NCBI GenBank assembly: GCA_014905635.1
Contig: JABVCE010000008.1
Coordinates: 992,001 to 1,056,000, forward strand
Direction: 5' to 3'
Length of the DNA: 64,000 nt
Source: Scenedesmus sp. PABB004
Taxonomy: Eukaryota
The notes below the pieces were generated by a model, which saw nothing but the letters and a program-made list of their open reading frames with translations, did not search any database and was not told the DNA's origin. A program made the position numbers and the translations under genes. Shown here in pieces: positions 16,593 through 30,606 of the stretch; position 1 is the first letter of the stretch, and the number at the start of each line of letters is the position of its first letter.

Positions 16593-17669
16593 ATGGCAGC
16601 AGCAGCAGCGCTGCCGGCAGGCGGCCTCCTGGCCAGCCGGGCCGCCGGGCCGCCGGGCCTGGCGTCGCATTGCCCGACGAGCAGCGGAACTGACTCCCTC
16701 CGGCGCTGCCACGCTGGGAGGGGGGCGCTTGGCGGCGCTGCTGCCGGCGCGCCCAGCCAGGGGTGCGCTGGAGCCGCGGGGCGCCCGAGGGCGCAGCGGG
16801 CGAGCCTCCCGCGCCCCACTGACCCCGCGGTCGCCCCGCCCGCAGGCGCGCGGGCCGGGCGGGCGCCGCGCCCGGCCGGCGCGCGCTGCGCGTGCGCGGG
16901 CGCGGCGCCGCCGCTGCTGCGGCGAAGACGCCCTACCCGCCGGCGGAGGCGCAGGCGGCGCTCGTCACGGACGCGCCGACGGACGTGCTGTACGACGCGG
17001 TGGTCATCGGCGGCGGCATGGGCGGGCTCACCGCGGCGGCAAAGCTGCTCGAGCGCGGCGCGCGCGTGCTCGTCCTCGAAAAGTACCTGCTGCCCGGCGG
17101 CAGCGCCGCGCACTACAAGCGCGCCGGCTACACCTTTGACGTCGGCAGCAGCATGATGTTTGGCTTCGGCGACAAGGGCACGACCAACCTCATCACCAAG
17201 GCACTCGAGTCGGTCGGGCGGCGGCTCGAGACCGTGCCAGACCCCACGCAGGTCCACTACCACCTGCCTGCCAGCCTCGCGCACCCGCAGGTGCGCCGCG
17301 CGCGCGGGGGGGGGGGGGCGTCAGGGTCGCCAGCGGCGCCGCCGCGCCATGCGCTGCACGCCACGCGCCGCGCGCCACGCGCCGCGCGCCGCGCGCGACG
17401 CGCGCGCGCGCGCGCGCGCCGCCGCCGCCGCCGCCGCGGCGCAGGGCCTGAGCGTGCAGGTGTGGCGGGAGTACGAGGCCTTTGTGGCGGAGCTCACCGC
17501 GCGCTTCCCGGCCGAGGGCGCCGGCATACGCGCATTCTACGGCGAGTGCTGGCGCGTGTTCAACGCGCTCAACAGCCTCGAGATGAAGAGCCTGGAGGAG
17601 CCGCGGTGCGCCGCCGCACTCGGCGCGGCCGGCGCGGCCGCCGGCTGCAGCCCGCGCTGGACGGCCGCG

Positions 17670-17701
<32 letters not shown>

Positions 17702-19802
17702 TGTGCTCAGCCGCCCGGCCCTGCCCTGCCCCTGCCGCAGCTACCTGATGGGGGAGTTTTTCAAAGACCCGCTCTCCTGCCTCACCCTCGCCTCGTACCT
17801 GATCGCAAACACGGGTGCGCGGCCCGGCGCGGCGCGCGCCGCGCGCGGGCCCCTCGGCCCCTTGGAAGCGCGCGCCGCCCGCGGCCGCCGCGGCGACGCC
17901 GCCGCGCGCGCCGCCGCGCGCCCACACGCGCCGCCAGGCGACGTCGCGGCGCGGCACATCACCGACCCGGAGCTGCGGCGCTTCGTCGACCTGGAGTGCT
18001 TCATCTGGAGCACCGTCCCCGCGGCCCTGACGCCCATGATCAACGCGGGCATGGTCTTCTGCGACCGCCACTACGGCGGCATCAACTACCCGCTCGGCGG
18101 CGTCGGCCGCATCGCGGAGGAGATGGCCGCGGGTGGGCGCGGCGCCCGGGCGGGTGGGCGGGTGGGGTGCGCGGGCGGGCGGGCGGGCGGGTGGGTGGTT
18201 TAGGGGAGGGGGCAGGGGGCTGCGCGGCGCCGTGGGGCGCGGCGCGCCCACGCGGACGCGCCGGCGCGGCGCGCAGGCATCGTTGAGCGCGGCGGCGCGG
18301 TGGTGTACAAGGCCAACGTCAAGCAGATCCTCACAGAGCCAGAGCCGGGCGGCGGCGAGCGCGCGACGGGTGCGCGCAGCGCGCCCGGGCGCGGCGTCGC
18401 GCAGCACGCCGCCCCCCCCCCCCCCCCTGCCCCGGCGTGCCACGCCACGCGCGCCCCAACGCCGCATCACCCGCGCCGCGGCAGGCGTGCGGCTGGCAGA
18501 CGGGCGCGAGTACCGGGCGCGCGCGGTCATCTCCAACGCGACGCGGTGGGACACGTTTGAGGGCATGCTCGGCGAGGACCGCATGCCAGAGAGCGAGCGG
18601 CTCTTCAGGCGCGCGCGGCGGCGCCGCCCCGGGGCGTGGCCGGCGGCCCTGGGAGCAGCGCTGGCGCCGGCGCGCGCGCGGCCGGAGCGCGCGCAGCATC
18701 TCGCTCGCCCGGCTTGCCCCGCCCCCCATCTTCTGCCTCCCACACACACTCACGCGTCCCACACACACGCCACGCGTCCTCCTCCACGCGGCCGCGTCCC
18801 GCGCAGGCAGCGCTACAAGAAGAGCCCCAGCTTCCTCAGCCTGCACATGGGCGTGCGCGCAGACGTGCTGCCGCCCGGCACCGACGTCCACCACATCCTG
18901 CTGGAGAGCTGGGACGCGATGGAGCGCCCGCGCGGCACGCTGTTCGTCTCGCTGCCCTCGCTGTGAGCGCGCGGGCGCGCCGGCGCGTCGGGCCGCCCCG
19001 CGGCGCGCGCGCTGTGCGGGGCGGCGCGCGGCGGCCCGGCCCGACGCGCCGCGCCGCGCCGCGCCGCGCCGCGCAGGCTGGACCCGTCGCTGGCGCCGCC
19101 GGGGCGGCACATCGTCCACGCCTTCACGCCGGACTGGATCGACGCCTGGCAGGCGCGCGCGGGGGCGGGCCCCGCACGGGGCGGCGCGCCAGCCGCGCCC
19201 GCCGCGCAGCACGCGCGCCGCCGCGCGCGCGCAAACGCCCGCGCGCCCTGCGCCGCGCCGCGGCGCGCAGGGCATGTCGCCGGAGGACTACGAGGCGCAG
19301 AAGGAGGCCGTGGCGGACGAGCTCTGCGCGCGCCTCGAGGCGCTGTGGCCGGGGCTGCGCGGCGCGATAGAGTTCCGTGAGGTGCGCGGCCGGCGCGCGC
19401 GCGCGCGCGCGTGCCCCCGCTGCGGAAGCACAGCAGGAGGGGGCGGCCCGCGCCGCAGCTCGCACCCCCGCGCCGCCCCACGCGCCCCGCGCGCCGCGCG
19501 GCGCGCAGGTCGGCACGCCGCGCACGCACCGGCGCTACCTGTCGCGCGCGGACGGGAGCTACGGGCCCATCCCGTCGCGCGCGCCGCGGGGCATGCTGTC
19601 GATGCCCTTCAACTCCACGAGCGTGCCGGGGCTCTACTGCGTCGGCGACAGCACCTTCCCGGGCCAGGGCGTCAACGCGGTCGTGTTCAGCGGCTTTGGC
19701 GCGGCGCACCGCGCCGCGGTGGACCTGGGGCTCGAGCCGGGCTGGCCCGCCGCGGACGCCGCGTACGGCGCACTGCTGCGCTGGGCGCGCGACACGAGCT
19801 GA
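16593..19802 (+). CDS. CRTISO: Carotenoid (prolycopene) isomerase, chloroplast, ~11 exons
   Basis: Contains [75 protein letters not shown] and [22 protein letters not shown]. Confidence 0.95.
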
Positions 19803-21374
19803 GGGCGGGCGGGGAGGCGGGGCTCTGCGCGGGGCCGAGTAACAGGCTAACAGGCGCTGGCTGGCCCACGGCGGCGCGGCGCGGCGAGCGAGCGAGCGAG
19901 CGAGGGAGCGCGAGCGGCAGTTTACAGAGAGATGGGGGGCCGCGCAGTTCCGTCTGGCAGCAGTTCCGTCACACCTCGCACACTTGGAGGCCGCGGTTCA
20001 ACGACCAGCGGCATATAGCAGGTCAATCAGATGACATGGATGTGCGCTCGGGTGTGTGCAGCTGGCTGGTGCAGGCGCGCGCCGCGCGTGGCCGCACGGC
20101 AGCCCGCCCAGCCAGCTCCGCTCCTGCACCCAAAGTTCCCCAGGCCGGTGCCACGGCACCGCCCCGCACTCGTGGCCGCGGTGGTGGTGGGCGCGTGCGA
20201 GCCAGATTCCCCAGGCCAGTGCGGGCGCAGCCCGTGCGAGCCTGCCCCAGCGGGCAGCGCCGCAAAGCAAGACGGCAGCCGCCGCAGCGGCGCCACGACC
20301 CTGCTGCGCCCGCACCCAACAGAAGTTGGAGAGTAGTGTGCCCGCAACAACATCGAGTCACTACGGTGACTACCTCGCCAAAAGCGCCTGCGCGCGCCTC
20401 CATCCCTCAATCCCTCCGGCCTATAGCCGTTGGACACACACCCGCCGGCTGCGCGCGTGCAGCGACACGTGCCCAGAGTGTGTTGTGGAAGCCTTTCATT
20501 GCGTGCCAGCCATTGATTGGGTCCCAGGCACGTGCCTCGAGAGGCTGCAGCCGTGACGGCGCGGCGCCCGAGCCGCGCCGCGCGAGCAGACAAACAACGG
20601 CAGCGTGCGTGCGCGGCGCTCAAACAAAGCACCAGAGCGCGCGCGGCGCACTTTATGGGTGGGCCAACACGCCGTGTTGGGTATACTGACCTAGATGGGT
20701 GGGTGTGGTGTGGTGTGGCCTAGATGCAGCTAGCTGAGGTGCAAGGTGTGTCCGCGCGCGGCCCGGGCAGCCTGCTCCGGCGTGCGTGGAGGTGTGGTGA
20801 TTGTTGGGTGATTGTTGGGGCGGGTGCGTGTATAGGTGTAAAAGCCGCTGTGCTTTATTGTGCGAGGCGGCGCCCGCGGGGCGCCGATCGGCGCAGTCGC
20901 GACTGCGCAGCGCAGCAGCCGGCAGCGCAAGAGCAACGCCGCCGGCCGGGGTGCGACAACAGGGACAGGGTGCACCGGCACCACGGTGTGCGGGCGCAGG
21001 GGGCGCGCAGCAGGGAGGGGTGCGGGCGGCCCGGCCGGCAGCGGTGAGCTACCGGGAGGGGGGTGTTATGCTGGTGGCGGCGCCGCTGGACTGCCAGCGG
21101 CGCGTGCCGGTGCGCGGCGCAGCAGCCGGCACGTGGTTGCGTTGGCGACCAATCAATATGCCTGCAAGCCCACGGCCCGCGCGGACGACAAATAACAGCC
21201 AACCATACGTAGCGCGCGTGAGGCGGTGCCGAGAGGGGTGAGAGACAGAACAGTGCGTGACGTGAAAGGACGTAAGGGCGTCGTAGCCGGGTGAAGGATC
21301 AGAACCAGGTGAAGAATTCATTGGCGCGCGGGCGCGCCGGGCAGTGCCCGGGCGGCGGCGGCGGTCGGGCCCAA

Positions 21375-24300
21375 TCACCAGTTGAGGCCCGTGGTGTTGG
21401 TGGGGAGGCGGAAGAACGTGCGAAGGTCGAGCGCGTCGGTGCCGCCGCGCAGCACGCAGGCGTTGCCGCTGGACTGGACGGTGAAGCCCCAGCACGTGCT
21501 CATCTCGTCGCACGAGCGCCGGCACTGGCGCAGGCTGGTGGAGCCCGTGGCGCCGCTGAGGGTCGTGAACGCCCCGATCTGGGCCACGGTCGCGCTGCAG
21601 CGCGCGTAGAGCCCGGACGACATCGACTTGGCCTTTGCCTCCTCGCCGCGGAGGCTGGACGCGGCGATGACGTCGCTGGGGAGCATCTTGTAATAGACCA
21701 GGGGGAAGGTCGTGTCGCTGGTCGCGGGGGGGAGCTCGAGCCTGAGGCAGCGGGTGGTGTTGGAGTTGAAGTAGCCGTAGTCAAAGCTCACGAAGCAGCA
21801 CGTGCCGGCGCCGCAGCCGTTGATGCAGGCCGTGGCGTTGGCCGCATCCGACGGCGCGCTCGTCATGAAGCTCTCGTTCATCAGCCGCGCGCCGACGTCG
21901 ATGCCGACCTGCGCAAACCTGGGCACGCACTCCTCGCGCCCGCGCGCCGTCGTGCGCCAGGTCGTGCCGGGCGTGCTCAACACCGGCTCCGCGCCGCGCG
22001 ACGAGAGGAAGATGTAGGAGGTGTTGGCGCAGGCCGTGCAGGTGAACCCGTCGCCGTTGCCGCCGCTCGCGGCGTAGCCGGCCTGGTAGGTGCCCGCGGC
22101 GCAGGCCGTGCAAGGAAGGCTGGATACATAGCCGTAGCCCGGCTGGCACACTGCACGGGGGCAGGGGCGGGCAAGAGAGGCGGGCGCGCGCGGCAGCGGC
22201 CGTGAGCAGCGCGCGGAGGCGCGCGCTGCAGGGGCGCACACAGGCGCTCAGCGCTGCCGAGCGGCCGCTCTGCCCCTGCGTGCGCCGCTCACCCGTGCAC
22301 TCGGCCAAGCTGGTGGCGCCCTGAGAGTAGGTGCTGCCAGAGGTGGGGCAGGGCGTGCACACGGACGTGGTGCTGAGGCCGGTGCTGAAGTAGCCGACGG
22401 GGCAGGGCAGCACGGTGGTGGTCGCGTTGACTGAGCTGGGGTTCCAGGGGTTGGTCGAGTTGCCGTCGTACACGCCCATGCCAGGCATGACGTAGCAGTC
22501 GTTGATGCTGGTCTGCCGCGTGGAGTTGAAGTCGGTGGTGCGGCCGGGGGGGCACTTGAGGCACGGCACCAGGCTGCCCGCCGCGGCGTAGTAGCCCGGC
22601 GGGCAGGCCGACGCGCCGTCGGGGCCGACGCCAAAGCCCGCGGGGTTGACGCACGCCGAGTAGTTGGTGGAAAGCGGCGGCGAGAACGTGTTCCTGGCGC
22701 AGGGCTTGCACGGCGACGAGGCGAGGCCGTTGGTGGTGGTGGCGACGCCGTAGGTGTTGTTGGGGCAGGGCGAGCCGATGAACTCCATGGACTGGTCCGA
22801 CATGATGCGCCCGCTGGGCACCACGCCCCAGCCGGCGGCGATGTAGCAGGAGAAGGGCGAGGCCGCGACCAGCTGGGTCGTGTCGTTGCCCGCGCCCCGC
22901 TCGTCAATGTCAGTCGTCGCCGACAGGATGCCGGGGCCGCAGGGCTTGCACGCGGTGCTGCCGTCGCCTGCCTCCTGCACCGATGAGTCGGACCAGACCG
23001 TCCACGTCTCGCGGTAGAAGCCCGCCTGCGTGCCGTTGTAGGTCACGTTGTTGGGGCACTTGGCGATGGCGCTGGTGTTGAGGTTGATGTAGTAGCCGGG
23101 CGGCACCATGCAGTCGCCCATGCTTGCTGCGCCCATGTTCTGCGTCTGCGTGCCGAAGGGGCAGGCCTTGCAGGTCATGTTGGTGGTGGAGTTGATGGGC
23201 CCGCCCTCAAAGTAGGTGCCATAGGGGCAGAGGTCGGCCGAGACGTCGCTGCCGCTCTGGCTGAGGAGCGGGGCGGCGGTGCCGTTGTAGCGCACGCCGG
23301 GCAGGGCGATGTTGCAGTCGTCCAACGACGAGGGGCGCGAGCTGTTGCCGGTGAGGCCAGGCGGGCAGCCCTGGCAGTAGCGCGCCGCCGGGTCGCCCGC
23401 ATAGGCAAAGCCGTTCCTGAACGTGCCGGGCTTGCAGTCGCGCACCACGTTCTGCACGAGGTAGCGCCCCGACGGCACCTCTGCGGGGCGGGCACAGGGC
23501 GGCGTGGCGTGAGGCGCGCGCGCGCGCGCATGCGCCGGGCGGCCGGCGCGGGCGCGGCGGGCGCAGCGCAGCGCCGCTCCGCGCGCGGGCGGCGCTCACT
23601 GCAGACAACAGTGCGGTCGACGCGCAGCTTGGGGTTGCCCACGAGCGGCAGCAAGGTGGGGTTGGTGGCGTTGATGAAGAGATCGGCAGGGTCTTCCTCC
23701 AGGCCAGACTGGCACCGGAGGCACTGCCGGATGCGGCCAAAGCCGGGGCTGTAGGTGCTGGTCGGGCACAGCGCCGCAGACTGCGTGGCCGGGCTGGTCA
23801 ACGCCAGGGAGAAGCCGGGGATGGGCACTGCGGCGGCAGCGGCCAGGGGCTCGGCGCGGTCGCGCAGCGGGCGCGGCTGCCACCGACCGGCGCCGCTCGC
23901 CCGCCTGACACGGCCAGCGCGCTGCCTGGCTGGCCAGCGCGCAGCAGCAACTGGCTGGGGCGCGCGCGCGGGCGCGCAACAGCAGCACACCCCTCCTCTG
24001 TGGCTGCCCGGGCCGCTGCGCACGCCCAACGCGCCAGCGCGCTCACCGCAGTCCTGGTGGCGCCTCGCGCGCGAGAACTTGGTGGTCAGGCCCCACGCCT
24101 CTATCGCTGCCTGGGTGGCTGTCTCATTGGAGACCGTGCCCCGGCGGCAGGCGCGCTTCCAGCCCATCTGCTCGGCCGTCGGCACGCCGTTCCTCATTTC
24201 CTGGTTGCCGCCGGCGCAGTAGTAGCCCCGCTCACACGGGATGCACGACGTCTTGTCATCGTTCTCGTACGTGCCGGGCGGGCAGACTGCGGGCGAGCGC

Positions 24301-24908
24301 GGTCGGACCGTGAGCAGCCGCGCGCCGACGCGGGGTGCCGCCGCGGGGCGCCGACCGCGGCCGCCGCTGGCTGCACCGCGTCCGCCCCGGCGCCTGCTGC
24401 CTGCTGCTGAAAGACCTGCCGCAGACGCCGCCTGCTGCGGCGCCTGGTGCCACTGGTGCAGGAGCCGAAACACCGGCCACGTTTTCCCACCGCCGCCGGC
24501 GCAGTAACCCGGAAAAGCTGCAGCGCAGCAGCGACGCCGCGCTGCCCCAGCCTGCACGCCGCGCTGGGGCCCGGGTGAGCGCTGGTGGCGCAAACGCATC
24601 GGCGACCGCCGGCCCCGCCGCGGCGCGCCCGCACGCCCAGGCCCGCCCGAGATTCAACCCTGACGCTCACCGCAGTTAAGGCTGTTCGTGGAAGGCATGT
24701 ACGTGGCTGAGCAGCGCTCGCACACCGACTGCATCTTGCCGTCCACCTCCTGGATGGAGCAGCGCGTAGCAGCGCACGCGGGGATGATCCCAGGGCATGT
24801 CCCGCCCGTCTGAGCCAGTACGCGGGCGGAGCCGGCCGCGCACGGCTGCGCCAAGGCTGCGAGGCAAGTGAAGGCCACCACCAGCCAGGCCTGCGCCTTT
24901 CCAGCCAT
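21375..24908 (-). CDS. Secreted Cys-rich glycoprotein with GCC2/GCC3 (ephrin-receptor/TNFR-like) repeats and C-terminal PAN/apple-like modules; mastigoneme-protein-like
   Basis: Signal peptide MAGKAQAWLVVAFTCLAALAQPCAA. Many CPxG(T/Y)Y...CxxCPxGxxT...C repeats and many NxS/T sites. C-terminal SLRQCRRSCDEMSTCWGF...CVLR. Introns have GTGAG donors. Confidence 0.85.
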
Positions 24909-26047
24909 GCCTGCTGCGCTGCGGGAATCCCCGGCCTGAATCGGAGCCTGGGGCCGCTGAGGCCGGGGCGGGCAGCGACGACGGGCCCTCGGCGCGCGGG
25001 GGGGCTGGCGGGCGGCGCTGCTGGCGCGTTTGGGGCGGCTTGGGCAGCCGCTAGGGGTCGGGAGGCATAAAAGAAGCGTGGTGTGGGCGGGGGAAGGCTG
25101 GGGCGCGCTGGGCGAGCGGGGCGGCGGGCGAATCCACCGCTCGTCGCCTGCCAGAGCCGTGAACTCCTCCCGTTCGCACTGCGAAGCCCGGCCTCCCGGG
25201 CGCTGCAGCCTGCGCTGCTGCTCCCGTGCACGCGCATCACGGCTGGGAGCGTGAGGCGCGCAGTCCCAGCGGCTCCCACGGCACGGGGCGGGCTGGGGCG
25301 CTGGAGGGCGCGGGCATCCCAGAAACAGGCCCGCTCTGCCGCGAGCTCGACCCAGCCGCGCGTCACGCCTGCGCGGGCTGGCCGATGTGACGATTCCTAC
25401 TCGTTTGTCGCCGGCGACCGCGCTCCTGCGGTCGCCGGTGGCGGCGCGGCGCAGCAGCGGTCGCTTGGGAGGGCCGGGCCTGCGGCGGCGCCAGCTTTTC
25501 ATCCGCGAACAGCTGTGCTCCGTCGAGTGCATGATGGTCGTGCCGAGCACACAGGCTCAAGCAGGGCAGCCGGCCGGCGAGCGGCCAGCTGAGAGAGCTC
25601 AGCGCTGTCGCGCACGCGCGCCGCTCGGCGCGCCGCACGCCGCTCGGCGCTCGGCGCCGCACGCCGCTACCGCCCAGACCGCTCCTGACTGCTGCACGCG
25701 TGCAGGAGCAGTCGCTTCACGAGCGCAGTGCCGCGCTGGCGGCGGCCGGGGCCTGGCCGCACCGCTCGGCGGCAGCGGCGGCAGCGGCCGCGCGCCGGTG
25801 ACGCCCCCCTCGCCCCCGCTCGTGCGGGCCCGGCGCGACGCCCTGGTTCAAAGCGACGCCGTCGCATGCCGCAGGGGCCAGGTAGCTGCCCGCGCGGGCT
25901 CGGAGGTTCTGCGGGCGGTCGCCGTTCGCCGCTGCGGCGGACCCGTCCTGCCCGCTGCGTGGGCCAGACACAATCTATTCGGTCTTAGCGAGTGGCGATG
26001 CGCCGCGCCACGTCCGTGCCGGGCTGATTGGGCCCTGCGCAGGCCGA

Positions 26048-29000
26048 ATGCGCGCCTGGGCGCTGTGGGCGCTGCTGCTGGCCGTTCCCTTGGCCGCAGC
26101 GGCGCCCACAGGGTCCAGGGCGCTCGCGCAGGCGCCGCGCGGCGTGCAGGGCACGCCCTCGTGCCGGCTGCTGGTGCCAGGCTGCGGCGTTGAGGACTGC
26201 ACGCTCACGGTCGTTGGCTGGCGCTCAATCCCCAGCTGTCCACGCTGTGCCAGCAGGCTGTACGTGCGCAGCGAGGACGGCACGCGCTGTGGTGAGGCCG
26301 GCGGCGCGGCGGCGGCAGCAGCAGAGTTGTTGGCCGCGCGCCCTCGCGGCGGGGGCGCAGGGCGTGCCCGGGGCCGCAGCACCCTGGCAGACTGGTGCCA
26401 TGGACGCAGCCCGGGCTGCAGCACGCGCGCCGCGCATTGCGCTGCTCACGACCGACGCGGCGCCCGCGGCGTGCCCGGGGCGCACCGCGCCGCAGACTGC
26501 GCCGCCGGTGCGTTTACCAACTGCACCGACACTGCCGAACCGAGCACCTGCCTGTGCAGCCGCTGCCCGACCGACAGCTGGTGCGGCGGCGGCCTCAACG
26601 CGCCGGGGCAGGCCACCGCGGTGCCGTGCGGCACGGGGCGGACCACGCGGGCTGGCGTCGTGGCGCGGAGCATTAGCGCCTGCGGTGAGTGGCGGCGGCG
26701 GGGTCGCCAGCGGCCGGGCGGCGCCGCGTGCCTGCTGGCGGTGGCTGCGGCCGGCTGCCGCCTGGTCGGCGGGGCCTCCGCTCCACTGACCTGGCGCGTC
26801 TGCCCGCCGCTGCGCCGCTGCCGCACGCAGTGCTGCTGCCTGGCTGGGGCTGGCCCTCGCGTGACGCAGCCGGGCCGGCGCTGTGCCCGTTTGGCACGTA
26901 CAGCACCGGCTGGAGGGCTGCGCGCACGCCCTGCAACCGCTGCCCCTCGGGCTACACGACGCAGTCAGCCGGCTCGACGGCGCGCGAGCAGTGCGGTGAG
27001 CGCGAGCGCGAGGCGGGCTGGGGCGTGGGCCGGCGCGTGGGGGATGCTGCAGCCAAGGCGCTCTAGGGCTGCGCCCAACCTGCAGCGCGTTTGCCGCCTG
27101 TGCCGCGCGCAGTCGCAGCGCCTGGCCTGTTTGTGGACCTGGGTCTGGTGCGGCCCTGCCGCGCTGGCACGTACCAGCCAGCATACACCATGGACGGCCT
27201 GGCAGCGTGCACGCCCTGCGCGACGGGCGTGACAACGGCAACTGCAGCGGCCGTGAGGGCGGCAGACTGCGCAGGTGAGGCGCTCGGGCGCGCGCTGGCG
27301 GGCAGGAAGAGGCAAGGACGAGCGGGGGCACGCCAGCTGCGGCACCTGCCTGACGCGCCTGCACTTGCGCTCGCCTGGCACCGCCCCGCCGCCGCCCCGC
27401 CGCCGGCGGCCCGCCGTCACCACGCTGCAGTCGCGCAGCCGGGCTACGGGCTGACCACCTGCAGCAATGTCACGGGCTGCCAGGCGGCGCAGTGCAGCGT
27501 TGGCACGTACAACCCTGGCGGGCCCGGCAGCAGCAGCTGCCTGGCCTGCCCGTGGGGCCTCACGACCGCCAGCGCGGGCGCGGAAGACGAGAGCCTGTGC
27601 CGCGTGCCGCCCGGCTTTGGCCTGGTGTTCCCGCTGCCAGCCAACAGGAGCGTGAACGCCACAGAGCGGTGCGATTTTGGCTACAACCCTGGCTGGAACC
27701 GGCAGGCGTGCACAAGCTGCGGCTTGAACGTGACGGCCCTGTTCAACCGCACCAGCGCGGCCGACTGCTGTGAGTGTGCGCGCTGGCTGGGGGCGGGCGC
27801 GGGCTGGCCGTCGGGTGCACCTCTCTCCCTCTGCGACGGCCCACGGCTGACGCCCGCTGCGCCGCCCGCCCGCTGCGCCTGTGCGTCTTCTGCATGCATG
27901 TCTGCTGCGCGCAGACGTGCTGCGGGGGCAGGGCCTGCAGGTGGTGGTGCAGGACGACGGCACACGCGTACGCGCGGCGGTCAACTGCTGGGCGGGCTCT
28001 GTCGGCATGCCGGCGCCCACCCCGGCCAGCAGCGCCCTGCCGTGCGACACATGCCCGCGCTTCATGAGCACTCTGCTGGAGCTGAGCACCAACCGCAGCG
28101 CCGACTGCCAGGCGCTGCCTGGCTACACGCCGGTGGTGGGCGCGGCGACGATCCAGGCGGTGGCGTGCGCTGTGGGGACCTACAAGGCCAATTTCAGCAA
28201 TGCCGCGTGCACGCCCTGCCCGTCCTTCACCAGCACGCCGGGCGTCGCGTCGACGAGCGCGGCCAACTGCACAGGTGCGTGGGGTCACGCGCACGTGTCG
28301 TGCGAACAGTCGCCTGGCTGGCGGGCGGGCGGGTGGCATGGGAGGTGCCTGCCGCCGCCGGCACCGCCCGGTGACCGCCGTGCGCCGCTGTGCTGCCGCC
28401 ACCGCCTCCGCCGCCGCCGCCGCCGCTGTTGTTTGATCGCCGCAGTGTGCGCGGCGGGCTACGGCGGCTGGTCGGCTGTGGGCCCTGCCTGCACGCCTTG
28501 CGCGGTGGGCACGGTGAACAGCGGCGGCTCCAGCTCCTGCACCTCTTGCCCGTCCTTCACCAGCACGCCGGGCATCGGGTCAACCAGCACGGCCAACTGC
28601 ACAGGTGCGTGGGGTCACGCGCGCGCGTGCGTGGGAACAGACGCCTGGCGGGCGGGCGGGTGGCATGGGAGGTGCCTGCCGCCGCCCGTACCGCCCACTG
28701 ACCGCCATGCACCGCTGTGCCGCCGCCGCCGCCTCCGCCGCCGCCGCGACCACTGTTGTTTGATCGCCGCAGTGTGCGCGGCGGGCTACGGCGGCTGGTC
28801 GGCTGTGGGCCCTGCCTGCACGCCTTGCGCGGTGGGCACGGTGAACAACGGCAGCTCCAGCTCCTGCACCTCTTGCCCGTCCTTCACCAGCACGCCGGGC
28901 ATCGGGTCAACCAGCACGGCCAACTGCACAGGTGCGTGGGGCCACGCGCGCGCGTGCGTGGGAACAGACGCCTGGCGGGCGGGCGGGTGGCATGGGAGGT

Positions 29001-30606
29001 GCCTGCCGCCGCCCGTACCGCCCACTGACCGCCATGCACCGCTGTGCCGCCGCCGCCGCCTCCGCCGCCGCCGCGACCACTGTTGTTTGATCGCCGCAGT
29101 GTGCGCGGCGGGCTACGGCGGCTGGTCGGCTGTGGGCCCTGCCTGCACGCCTTGCGCGGTGGGCACGGTGAACAGCGGCGGCTCCAGCTCCTGCACCTCT
29201 TGCCCGTCCTTCACCAGCACGCCGGGCATCGGGTCAACCAGCACGGCCAACTGCACAGGTGCGTGGGGTCACGCGCGCGCGTGCGTGGGAACAGTCGCCT
29301 GGCTGGCGGGCGGGTGGCATCGGAGGTGCCTGCCGCCGCTGGCACCGCCCGCTGACCGCCATGCGCCGCTGTGCCGCCGCCGCCGCTGTTGTTTGATCGC
29401 CGCAGTGTGCGCGGCGGGCTACGGCGGCTGGTCGGCTGTGGGCCCTGCCTGCACGCCTTGCGCGGCGGGCACGGTGAACAACGGCAGCTCCAGCTCCTGC
29501 ACCGCTTGCCCGGGCGGCCAGGTGGCCGTCAACACGACCACGTGCTCGCTGCTGCTGCCTGACGTGTCGACGTGCACGCCCCGGCCGGCCGCCTCGTCGG
29601 CCTTGCCCGCCGGCCTGACGTGCCCCGGAGGCCAAAACAACCTGCAGCTGACCGCGGCCGGCAACAGCTATGGCCTGCCCCCTGGGTGCACACCAATGCC
29701 AAACAACATAAACAATCTCGACTGCAGCGTCTCTCCTGGGCAGTGGGAGAATTCTGTCAGCTACACGCTGACGGTGCTCAACATCAGCGGTACGCTGCGA
29801 TGCGTCTGTCCAGGGCTCTACACGCAGGGGCACATGCTGGTGAATGTGGCCGCCGGGGTCCCTGGCATCTTCAACCCTGCTGGCAACAAGTGGAACTGCG
29901 TGCCGCTGCTCACGTTCCTGCCGGACAACGCCAGCCAGCCCACCGGCGCGGGGGTCTGGCTGTTCAACGCGTCCACCACCGCCGACGCGCGCTGCAACAG
30001 CACACAAGGGTGCTGGGACATGTGCTTCTTCTGTGACGGCTCACGGCGCTACTCAGCCAACGTGAGCCCCGCTGCGCCGCACGCGCGCTCGGGCCGCTTG
30101 CTGGCTCAAGTGCTTGTGGCACCGTGCCCCGCCCTGAGCTGTCGCCGCCCCTGCCGCTGCTCACAGACGGCGGTTGGCTTGACCAACGGCACACGCACAG
30201 CCAGGCCCCTGCTCAACACCACGTGCGGCAATCAGACGTGCACCCTGGGCAGTGCAACCACGGCGGTGCGCCCGTTCTGGCAGGCGTGCGAGGAGTACGC
30301 GGGCAGGGTGAGGCGCTCGCGGGCGGGCCACCGCAGTTGCTGCTGCTTCTGCGGCCACTGGCGCCCCCATGCTTCACTCCAGCAGCAGGCAGCACTGCAC
30401 CCAATCTGACGCGCTCTGCCGCCGCCGCCGCCGCCGCTGCTCAGGCCACGCCCGAGGTGCAGGGCAACCTGGCGTTGGTCGGCGGCACGTGGCCCTTCCG
30501 GCCAGCCAACTCCAATACTACGACGCTGCGGCTGCCGCAGGCGCTGCCTAGCCCGCTGACAGTGAATCAAGGGCAGGTGGTGTTGCAGAGCTTCTCGATA
30601 CCATAA
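26048..30606 (+). CDS. Secreted Cys-rich repeat protein, paralogue A (multi-exon)
   Basis: Signal peptide MRAWALWALLLAVPLAAA. Mostly phase-1 exons encoding CPFGTYSTGW...CNRCPSGYTT, CRAGTYQP...CTPCATG and CAAGYGG...CTPCAVGT. Last exon ATPEVQGN...LQSFSIP*. Confidence 0.85.
28205..29500 (+). repeat. Intragenic tandem exon+intron repeat (327-bp unit = 159-bp exon + 168-bp intron)
   Basis: Exons start after CAG at 28446, 28773, 29100 and 29406. Confidence 0.93.

Noticed and set aside
18198..18206. TTTAGGG telomere-like motif
   Set aside because: It is a single copy inside a CRTISO intron and is expected by chance.
19803..21374. Possible gene or element in the lower-GC intergenic stretch
   Set aside because: There is no coherent exon-like codon usage, motif or terminal repeat. 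It is probably UTR sequence of the two convergent genes.
28205..29500. Regularly spaced repeats as a possible CRISPR array
   Set aside because: The units are 327-bp exon+intron repeats with no unique spacers, there are no cas genes, and the context is eukaryotic.
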